A stretch of 64,000 nt of DNA from an uncultured virus (IMG/VR IMGVR_UViG_3300021185_002316) (lineage: Duplodnaviria > Heunggongvirae > Uroviricota > Caudoviricetes), in IMG/VR virus record IMGVR_UViG_3300021185_002316; one strand, given 5' to 3'. Made by a program: the position numbers and the translations under genes. The notes beneath the pieces are model-generated. The model was not told the origin of the DNA. It saw only the letters and a list, made by a program, of their open reading frames with translations, and did not search any database. Shown piece by piece: positions 57,309 through 64,000 of this stretch (the stretch's first letter is position 1; each line of letters starts with the position of its first letter).

Positions 57309-58162
57309 AATATGTATCTGATTTTATTCCATGGTATAATTTGACCATGAAGGTTTATAAATTGGTTAATGTATTCTCGTTTACGGTGTCTTTCGTATCT
57401 AATGTTTCTCCCTCCATACTGTGAGATTTTATCCTCTTGTATATCTGGTGCCCACAGTTGTGCTTCTGCGTCCGGTTTATCTATAAGATTAGCTCTATGC
57501 TTGTTCTCGTTGTGGGTTAGAAATATAACCTCTGCAAGAACTTGCTTTTTGTAATCTACATAGTCGTCTAACATTTGAAACAACTGCTTGTAATCCTCTA
57601 GCCATGTCTCCGTCACAATGACTGGACTGAAGTTAACATGGACGTCATACCCTGCATCTATAAATGCATCGATAGCTTTAATCCTATCAATGATTTTAGA
57701 TGTAGCGGGTTCATGTAACGTAGACATGTGCTGAGGCATCAAACTGAAACGTATGCGTATCTTACCTTCAGGGTTATACTCAATCAACTTAGGATTTACG
57801 TACTTGGTAGCGAACGAGCCCATGGCTACAGGGTGAGTTCTAAAAAACTCAAAGATGTTCTCCCAGTCGTGATGTCTAAGGTGCAATGCAAAGTCTTCGT
57901 TACAACTAACGTCGTAAGTAGTGTACTGTGCGTGTGTCTGATTAGGTTTGTTAACGTGTGTAAAGAATGCATGGTTATTTACTGCTGTGAGTATATCTCC
58001 TGTATTCTGTGCTATCGTCAACCCATTAGGTTTGTTACGTTTCATGTAACAGTAACTACAATCGTACAAACATCCATGCCCAAAAGAAGGTGTAATAAAG
58101 TCTGTAGATCTACCGCTTGTCTTAATGTCAAGGGCTTTTCTATTTACCTTTTTTATTAACAT
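57305..58162 (-). CDS. splB: Spore photoproduct lyase-family radical SAM protein
   Basis: GCLYDCSYCY (CxxxCxxC); DVSCNED (matches SPL EASCTSD with the H-donor Cys); FATK; RIRFSL; EP.TS....RI.A; GY.V.....P. Confidence 0.8.
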   Translation of the reverse strand: MLIKKVNRKALDIKTSGRSTDFITPSFGHGCLYDCSYCYMKRNKPNGLTIAQNTGDILTAVNNHAFFTHVNKPNQTHAQYTTYDVSCNEDFALHLRHHDWENIFEFFRTHPVAMGSFATKYVNPKLIEYNPEGKIRIRFSLMPQHMSTLHEPATSKIIDRIKAIDAFIDAGYDVHVNFSPVIVTETWLEDYKQLFQMLDDYVDYKKQVLAEVIFLTHNENKHRANLIDKPDAEAQLWAPDIQEDKISQYGGRNIRYERHRKREYINQFINLHGQIIPWNKIRYIF

Positions 58163-59114
58163 ACTTTCTCTCGTTTATGGTGAATGTACTAAGTTCAGCT
58201 TCGTATGGTATCATACCTAACATGCCGTCCCTGTTCTTCTCTATATGCACTGCTAGCAAACCTTCTGGTTCTTCATCGCAGTACAGATCTGTAATACCAT
58301 AGAGATCGAAGGGTCTCTGTAGCATCATAACAACATGAGCATCCTGACCTATACTGTCACCACCAAACAAATCTGTTAGCATTGGTTGGTACTGATTACG
58401 GGCACGGTGTTCTTGTTCTATATTCCTATTTAGCTGTGATAACAGTATATTAATAACCCCAAACTTAGCTTGCATATACATACACCCTTTTGATATTTGG
58501 TTTAGTTTTTGCAATTCTGTGTCAGCGTTAGCTAATATTAACCTAGAGTGATCGTAAACATTTATCACCAAAGTATCCGGATAGCTCTCTGCTATCTCTG
58601 CGTTGGTTCTCTTGATGAATGTTATGTCTTTAGGTACGTTATTAAAATAGATAGGATATTCAGTATAAGCAGCAACTTTCTCTGCATATAGATCATACTC
58701 GTCTTGTCTCAACTTGTTTTGCACTGATAGTAAATCCATTACCTCTTTCTTGACATCCTTAGCACCAGCACGTAATATTTGCTGATGACCAGGCATCTCG
58801 AAAGACCAGTACAATACCATTAAGTTTTTCTTTGAGTTAGTATCTAAAAGATCGAAGATCATCTGATTACTGAATGCGCTTTTACCTACACCTGGACGAC
58901 CTGCTATGACATACATTTTGCCAGGTTGCAGACCACCTAGTAGGTTCCTGTTTAATCTTGTCCACTTAGTGGGGTAAACCACACGCTGTCCAAGCATACC
59001 TTTCTTTATCTCACTAAGTGAGGTATTTACTGAGTCTGCTATGCTATGAAATCCTTTGTCTTTAAAGAGATCTTGTGATGCGTGGTTTGGTTTTGTCTCG
59101 TGTGTCATTTTCAT
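58140..59114 (-). CDS. dnaB: DnaB-like replicative helicase (C-terminal domain only)
   Basis: AGRPGVGKS, SFEM, LSQLNR, SIGQDAHVVM, KNRDG. Confidence 0.9.
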   Translation of the reverse strand: MKMTHETKPNHASQDLFKDKGFHSIADSVNTSLSEIKKGMLGQRVVYPTKWTRLNRNLLGGLQPGKMYVIAGRPGVGKSAFSNQMIFDLLDTNSKKNLMVLYWSFEMPGHQQILRAGAKDVKKEVMDLLSVQNKLRQDEYDLYAEKVAAYTEYPIYFNNVPKDITFIKRTNAEIAESYPDTLVINVYDHSRLILANADTELQKLNQISKGCMYMQAKFGVINILLSQLNRNIEQEHRARNQYQPMLTDLFGGDSIGQDAHVVMMLQRPFDLYGITDLYCDEEPEGLLAVHIEKNRDGMLGMIPYEAELSTFTINERKYVNKKGK

Positions 59115-59613
59115 CTAAGTTTTCATACTTTTCCCAAGTATGGTTATTAATCCATGTTTCTAAGTTCTGCAAATAAGCTAGGTTATTACGTTCCAACTTG
59201 AGCTGTGTATTCAGGCAAGCGATGATCTTTCTATGAACATGGGGCTTGCCGTCAACAATTCTTTTGTAACGTATTTTAGCTTTTTGATTAGACTTAGCAT
59301 TAGGATCCTTAGCATGAAGAATACGAACACCCTTGTCAGAGTTTACTTTGAGGGGATAAGTTAACGTCAACTCGTTGAACATCTTGTCAAAATCAGCTAG
59401 AAATAAATCTAGAAACTTATGTCTAACAACATGATCTTCGAAGCTATCTCCGAGTTTGACGTAACCATTCTCCTGTAATCTGTCTAAATTTGGCTTAAGA
59501 TTAAGCTGTGGTAAATATGATTGACCTTTTCTGTAAACTAGATAAAGGTAGGTAAAGTCATCAGGACTCATACCTACCTCTTTAAGCATATTTAAATCTA
59601 GTTCAATAGTCAT
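59062..59613 (-). CDS. Hypothetical replication protein (possible initiator or helicase partner)
   Basis: N-terminal wHTH-like region, F......YP and YLQN.ETWIN..W motifs; overlaps the dnaB start. Confidence 0.5.
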   Translation of the reverse strand: MTIELDLNMLKEVGMSPDDFTYLYLVYRKGQSYLPQLNLKPNLDRLQENGYVKLGDSFEDHVVRHKFLDLFLADFDKMFNELTLTYPLKVNSDKGVRILHAKDPNAKSNQKAKIRYKRIVDGKPHVHRKIIACLNTQLKLERNNLAYLQNLETWINNHTWEKYENLDENDTRDKTKPRITRSL

Positions 59614-59655
59614 TGCATATAAAAGATTTTGTTATAATGGCATATAACGCATTAA

Positions 59656-59686
59656 CAAATGTAATAAAATTATTTAGCATATCAAA
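59656..59686 (-). promoter_or_regulatory. Bacteroidota housekeeping promoter (-33 TTTG / -7 TAnnTTTG)
   Basis: Minus strand TTTG (59683-59686), 19 nt, then TACATTTG (59656-59663), in the intergenic gap upstream of 59613. Confidence 0.75.
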
Positions 59687-59705
59687 ATATATGTTTAAAT
59701 ATTAT

Positions 59706-60872
59706 TTACAACCACTTAACTCCATTTAACTTTTGGACTGAGTTTTTAAGCCATTTCTCTTCCTGACTGTCCTTAACATACAGGACATATACAAGACCTT
59801 TCTTGCCTTCTTCAAACCTTATCAGCCTACCAACACGTTGGACCATTGATAAAGCTTTACTAGTCAAGCCGCAGATTACACCCACGTTAGCATTAGGTAC
59901 ATCAAAGCCTTGATTCAGAGCTTTAGTTGAGCAAAGTACATTGACTTCACCTTCCTTAAACTTACGCAATGCCTCTTTACGAAGCTTTGCGGATCTCTTG
60001 CTGTGATATACTTCTGCTAGTGGGCTAACACTTGCTGCTAGCTCATCGGTAAATGAATTCTTACCGCCAAAAGTTATTATTCTGTTATCTAAATTATTGT
60101 ACACAATCTCTCTAAACTTCTCAACCTTGTTGGTTGCGCAGTCTACAATTTTCTTGCGTTCACGTATAGCACTGTAGAATCCTGCAGCATGTGCTTTCAT
60201 CTCCCCACTACTATTAGCAGAGGCTAAGATAATACGTGCAGCATTGAATGCATCATGACCAAGAGCTAACTTATGTTTAACAAACTTTCTATTGATGCGT
60301 TTGTATTCTGTTTGCTCTTCATTAGTCATGTCAATAGGTATGCAGTGGATTTCGTACGGTGATACTAATCCAAGCTCTACACACTCATCTATGCTTATTC
60401 TATATACTGTTGGTGCTAATTTAAATAATAGTAATCTGTACTCCTCCTCTTCAGGTGGAGTAGCAGTCATACATAGAAGACGGTCATACTGATTGTTCTT
60501 AAAGAACTTACGGTACTGTGGTGATAGTCCAAGATGGACCTCATCACACACTACAATATCATAATGATTGTCTACTAATTTGTATGCGCTCTGGTAACAT
60601 ATTATATCAACACGGTCGAGACACTGCTCAAATCCCCACTTGATGAACTCCTCTTTGAACTGATCTTGCAATTGTACTGTTGGTACAAGCAAGAGTGCAC
60701 TGCCTTTGGGTATCTGTTTGAGGACATAGTTGATTGCAACTACACCACATCTAGATTTACCAAAGCCAGTACCAGCTATTATACTACCTCTAAAGTTGTG
60801 AGAAGCCCATGCATTTAATGCGGCTCTTTGTTCAGTGTCTTTGACTGCGTGTGTTTTTATGCTAGTGTCCAT
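59706..60872 (-). CDS. Superfamily 2 DExH helicase
   Basis: GTGFGKS, DEVH, MTAT, LNQGFDVP, QRVGR. Confidence 0.9.
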   Translation of the reverse strand: MDTSIKTHAVKDTEQRAALNAWASHNFRGSIIAGTGFGKSRCGVVAINYVLKQIPKGSALLLVPTVQLQDQFKEEFIKWGFEQCLDRVDIICYQSAYKLVDNHYDIVVCDEVHLGLSPQYRKFFKNNQYDRLLCMTATPPEEEEYRLLLFKLAPTVYRISIDECVELGLVSPYEIHCIPIDMTNEEQTEYKRINRKFVKHKLALGHDAFNAARIILASANSSGEMKAHAAGFYSAIRERKKIVDCATNKVEKFREIVYNNLDNRIITFGGKNSFTDELAASVSPLAEVYHSKRSAKLRKEALRKFKEGEVNVLCSTKALNQGFDVPNANVGVICGLTSKALSMVQRVGRLIRFEEGKKGLVYVLYVKDSQEEKWLKNSVQKLNGVKWL

Positions 60873-61117
60873 ACGGTTACCGTCCTGTTAGTTTCAGGGT
60901 CACGTTTAGTTGAGTTTGAGGTTACAATACCACGATTAACTAGTTCGGTTACCCTACCAGTTACACGATTGATTGGCCATCCCAACGCTTTGGACAGATC
61001 TTTGTTGCTTGCTTCCCCCATTACTTTGAGGGCATGCGCAACTGCTCTTTGTTTAGCACCTAGCTTTTGCTTGATACTATCAAATGCATCTACTTGAGTT
61101 TTTCTAACTTTATTCAT
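60857..61117 (-). CDS. Winged-helix DNA-binding protein
   Basis: ASNKDLSKALGWPINRVTGRVTELV.RG.V plus a beta-wing. Confidence 0.75.
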   Translation of the reverse strand: MNKVRKTQVDAFDSIKQKLGAKQRAVAHALKVMGEASNKDLSKALGWPINRVTGRVTELVNRGIVTSNSTKRDPETNRTVTVWTLA

Positions 61118-61469
61118 GTATTATCTGTTTACAATGTTCACATATTTTTACATACGTACGTTCTCTTAGTTTGTCTTTTATATCTAATTCGATGTAGTTC
61201 CTAGTTATACTTAGACGCTTGCTTACAGCAACTAGTCCTTGCATATTCTTAGTAGCATACACAACAGTAGAGTGGTTTCGCTTAATAGCTTCACCTATCT
61301 CTCCTGTAGTCTTTTTAGTATGCATGCGTGCGAGAAGGCAAAACATTTGTCTTGCTTCACACACATCACGCGTTCTATCTCTACTTAAAATCTGATGCTT
61401 TTGTATTCGCATCTCTTTGCGTATAGCTTTGAACAATATTTCGAATGGAGTCAATACTATTTCTCCCAT
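61110..61469 (-). CDS. Stand-alone DnaA C-terminal (domain IV-like) HTH protein
   Basis: ILS..R.R....ARQ....L.R.......EIG....RNHSTVVYA; C-terminal CEHC. Confidence 0.8.
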   Translation of the reverse strand: MGEIVLTPFEILFKAIRKEMRIQKHQILSRDRTRDVCEARQMFCLLARMHTKKTTGEIGEAIKRNHSTVVYATKNMQGLVAVSKRLSITRNYIELDIKDKLRERTYVKICEHCKQIIHE

Positions 61470-63346
61470 ACTTTACTTGCGTTTACATCTGCTTTAAGCA
61501 GACCATTAGTAACTACTTTGTTTGCTGCTTTCTCCATTAGATGTGTAAGAGTTTTTGACCATTCATCAATGTAATCGTCTTTACAAATACTATCTACTTG
61601 ATCATGCACAGTCATAACTATCTTAACAGGTAAGTCTTTATCAGCTAAATACTCATAAATATATACAAGAGCAAGCTTAGTCATATCTGCTGATGCACCT
61701 TGAATTGGTGTATTCTTGGATGCACGCTCAATACTACTAAGCTCCATTGATGCTGATTCATCTGACCATATCTTTGGAAACCAATTAACAAACCAACGAC
61801 GGCGGTTAAATGGTGGGAAAGTCTTGATGTAACCATAATGCTTACCGAAGTCAGCTAGTTTCTCAAGGAACCCTTTGATGTTAGGGAACGCACTGAAGTA
61901 ATCTTCAATGAGTTGCTTTGCATCTTCTTTAGCTATGTTAAGAGTATCAGCAAGCTTGTTAGGACCCATACCATATGCAAGACCAAAGTTAATAGTCTTT
62001 ACATTAGTACGCAACTTCTTGTGCGTTGGGCAGTCACACTTGCTTTTGTTGACCATGTAAGCACAGTCATCTTCAGCATAGTTATTCCATCCATCTTTGT
62101 ACACAAGTTCAGCACAGGTTGAGTGTAAGTCCTGACCTTCTTCTAACGCTTTAATCCACACAGGATCTTGGCTACCAAAAGCTATGACATTCAGTTCTTG
62201 GGAAGCATAGTCAGCACTCACAAACGACCATCCATCAGGTGCAATGAAGCAGTTTCTAAACGCATTGTCTGCAGGTATTTGTTGCATATTTGGTCTAGAA
62301 CTACTAACACGCCCAGTGTCAAGTATCTGATTAAAGCTAGTATGTATCTTACCACTCTTACGTACATTCTTAAGGAAGGCTTCGCCATAGCTTGTAGCTA
62401 TCTTCATCTTTTCCTTGTATGTAATGTAGTCGTTGATAAGAGGAAACTTGTTCCTATATTTATACATACTCTTACTGTTTACATTTTCAAGCTTAGGTAT
62501 TAAGCATTGAAACACATCAAGTGTTTGCTTAGGTGAGTCCCAATTGACATCTACTTGTTTTTCAATAGTGTCAAATAAATCGCCTTGCACATACTTAGGT
62601 ATAAACTTCTGCATTCTATGGTCTTCCACCACATACTGATTGAGAGTATACTTTAGATTTTCAGCATCATAGTATGATTTCTCACTAAGTTTAACCCATT
62701 TCTCTTGGTCAAGATTAAGACCATTGAATTCTATGTCAGCAAATGCTAACACAGACTTATTCTCTAAGTCTACTACATTTTGTAACTTATTTTTAATGAT
62801 GAATGATTCTTGTTTATCTTTTATTTGTATAAGATATTTAACATCATCAGCACCATAAACTATTTGGTCACTAGTAAATCTTAGATTATAATTATTTATA
62901 AATGAAGATTGAGCTACTTTACTAATCTCTATGTTTAAATGACGCAAAAGCGTATTTTTAAGACTAGCACTTAAACCTTTACCACAATTTATAATTTTCT
63001 CTACAAGCATAGTATCGTAAACGTTGTTACATATAATACCTGAGTGAGAACGAATAAAGTTTATGTCAAATTTAGAGTTATGGAAGATTTTGAGTATCGT
63101 GGGACATTCTAGTATTTGTGTGAATACAGAAATCGGATGAACTCGTAAATCTATTACATATTGATGAATTTCATCACCAATTTGAAACATAGTCATTTGA
63201 TCTGACGTAAAATCGAGACCTGTAGTCTCGGTATCAACAGCTAGAACAGTTTTACTGTTACAATAATTAACAGCATCCTTTAGATTTGCGTGAAAGAAAC
63301 GCTCTTCTGAAGGATGATGTGAATTATCTCCTACGAAATATCTCAT
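61457..63346 (-). CDS. polA: DNA polymerase family A with 3'-5' exonuclease
   Basis: DTETTGLD, HN.KFD, YDTM, TGRVSS..PNMQQIP, ADYASQEL (motif A), KTINFGLAYG (motif B), VHDQV (motif C). Confidence 0.95.
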   Translation of the reverse strand: MRYFVGDNSHHPSEERFFHANLKDAVNYCNSKTVLAVDTETTGLDFTSDQMTMFQIGDEIHQYVIDLRVHPISVFTQILECPTILKIFHNSKFDINFIRSHSGIICNNVYDTMLVEKIINCGKGLSASLKNTLLRHLNIEISKVAQSSFINNYNLRFTSDQIVYGADDVKYLIQIKDKQESFIIKNKLQNVVDLENKSVLAFADIEFNGLNLDQEKWVKLSEKSYYDAENLKYTLNQYVVEDHRMQKFIPKYVQGDLFDTIEKQVDVNWDSPKQTLDVFQCLIPKLENVNSKSMYKYRNKFPLINDYITYKEKMKIATSYGEAFLKNVRKSGKIHTSFNQILDTGRVSSSRPNMQQIPADNAFRNCFIAPDGWSFVSADYASQELNVIAFGSQDPVWIKALEEGQDLHSTCAELVYKDGWNNYAEDDCAYMVNKSKCDCPTHKKLRTNVKTINFGLAYGMGPNKLADTLNIAKEDAKQLIEDYFSAFPNIKGFLEKLADFGKHYGYIKTFPPFNRRRWFVNWFPKIWSDESASMELSSIERASKNTPIQGASADMTKLALVYIYEYLADKDLPVKIVMTVHDQVDSICKDDYIDEWSKTLTHLMEKAANKVVTNGLLKADVNASKVWEK

Positions 63347-63576
63347 TCGAAAGGAACATCAGGCTCTGTTTGATTTTGAATTATATGCTCTTCATATTCA
63401 GGCATACAATGTTTGTCAACATAAGCACATACAAATTTAGCATAGTTTACATCTATTTTGCTTTTGTTGAAATAAAAACTTTGTTTTTTATTTTTAACAG
63501 CTGATGTATAACTAATTTTAAATATTTCATAGCTATTGTCTGCTACCATATGGTAGATCCATTTCATGTGTCCCAT
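63343..63576 (-). CDS. Hypothetical protein
   Basis: 77-aa ORF with ATGA overlap into polA. Confidence 0.55.
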   Translation of the reverse strand: MGHMKWIYHMVADNSYEIFKISYTSAVKNKKQSFYFNKSKIDVNYAKFVCAYVDKHCMPEYEEHIIQNQTEPDVPFE

Positions 63577-63591
63577 AATAGATAGGTATAA

Positions 63592-63658
63592 AGTATTTGG
63601 GCGTTACCAAACATTAAAATCATTCCACTAATTTGCAATTAGTAACGCCCAAAATACT
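63592..63658 (-). terminator. Long intergenic hairpin (terminator or structured RNA)
   Basis: AGTATTTGGGCGTTAC ... GTAACGCCCAAAATACT arms (16 bp, one bulge). Confidence 0.55.
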
Positions 63659-63659
63659 A

Positions 63660-63998
63660 TTATATTAACTCATCCATTGATGTGAATGTTTCTGCCTTTG
63701 CATTAGCTGTTAAGCTAGTTGAGTCAGGACTTAGGAACACATGCATGTCCGAAGTATCTTTGTTAGTCAAAGTTACTTCTGTGTTGCTGAAGATATAATC
63801 TCCATCATGTGTTATATAATCACCATCTTTACCTTTACGTTTAGCAGCACGTTCTAAGTTTGCAGCTTGATATTCAGTAGGTTCAGTTGTTTCATTAACA
63901 AGTATACGTACACGCATATTGTTAATCATTGGATTTAACACATTTAGTTCTAGCATTTCTCGCTTTTCATTGATGTACCAACCTGCATTTGCACCGAA
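63660..63998 (-). CDS. Hypothetical protein, start beyond the window edge (possibly a crAss-type ssDNA-binding family protein)
   Basis: Frame open to the window end (FGANAGWYINEKREMLEL...); KRKGKDG..ITHDG..IF motif. Confidence 0.55.
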   Translation of the reverse strand, partial: FGANAGWYINEKREMLELNVLNPMINNMRVRILVNETTEPTEYQAANLERAAKRKGKDGDYITHDGDYIFSNTEVTLTNKDTSDMHVFLSPDSTSLTANAKAETFTSMDELI

Positions 63999-64000
63999 GT

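Larger units (their letters stand above)
1..64000. mobile_element. Segment of a crAss-like (Crassvirales) bacteriophage genome, probably infecting Bacteroidota
   Basis: Gene order IHF-like, tail tubular, tail stabilisation, then cargo proteins and a giant DFDID virion RNAP, converging on a replication block (primase, Sak4, DnaB, PolA). Bacteroidota-type promoter, signal peptides and T9SS tail are present. No host housekeeping genes. Confidence 0.9.

Noticed and set aside
53500..63346. Introns or inteins in polA, dnaB, primase or the helicase
   Set aside because: All motifs are contiguous at normal spacing; no intein termini or homing-endonuclease ORFs seen
46309..63504. Plus-strand ORFs inside the replication block (e.g. 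51786-52223, 57728-58159, 62168-62503)
   Set aside because: Antisense to well-supported genes; no recognisable features
1..64000. Stop-codon reassignment (TAG or TGA), as in some crAss-like phages
   Set aside because: Genes of up to 7.3 kb are intact in code 11 and coding is dense. TAG and TGA end genes at sensible boundaries (45607, 48820, 8349).

Overview
The whole window reads as part of a crAss-like (Crassvirales) lytic phage genome, most likely infecting a marine Bacteroidota/Flavobacteriia host. It uses the standard genetic code and is AT-rich and densely coded. The + strand (1-45580) is a virion/late block. It holds a 5'-truncated giant Cys-rich GCTD-repeat protein, tail-fibre and collagen genes, and an envelope-directed cassette: a probable outer-membrane beta-barrel, an exported CxxC-less thioredoxin, a T9SS-tail protein and two paralogous membrane proteins. 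These are followed by an M15 endolysin and holin, ring/IHF/tail-tube/tail-stabilisation genes, and six ejected cargo proteins, including the single-chain two-barrel virion RNA polymerase (DFDID). The - strand (45607-64000) converges on a bidirectional terminator and is a replication block. It encodes PolA, a stand-alone DnaA C-terminal domain, an SF2 helicase, DnaB, a spore-photoproduct-lyase-like radical SAM enzyme, Sak4, SSB, primase, a metallophosphoesterase, an endonuclease, rIIA/rIIB, a 5'-3' exonuclease and a dATP/dGTP diphosphohydrolase. The most striking observation is that the three giant ejected proteins (6,184 aa in total) contain only four cysteines, one on each side of each inter-protein junction. 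This suggests a head-to-tail disulfide-linked 'cargo train'. Other notable observations are a repeat unit split across the stop at 5270 (possible +1 frameshift), Q-rule signal peptides in the envelope cassette, a recurring GG motif in internal proteins, and a hairpin cluster at 56.8-57.05 kb. All family assignments come from motif recognition by eye, not from database searches.
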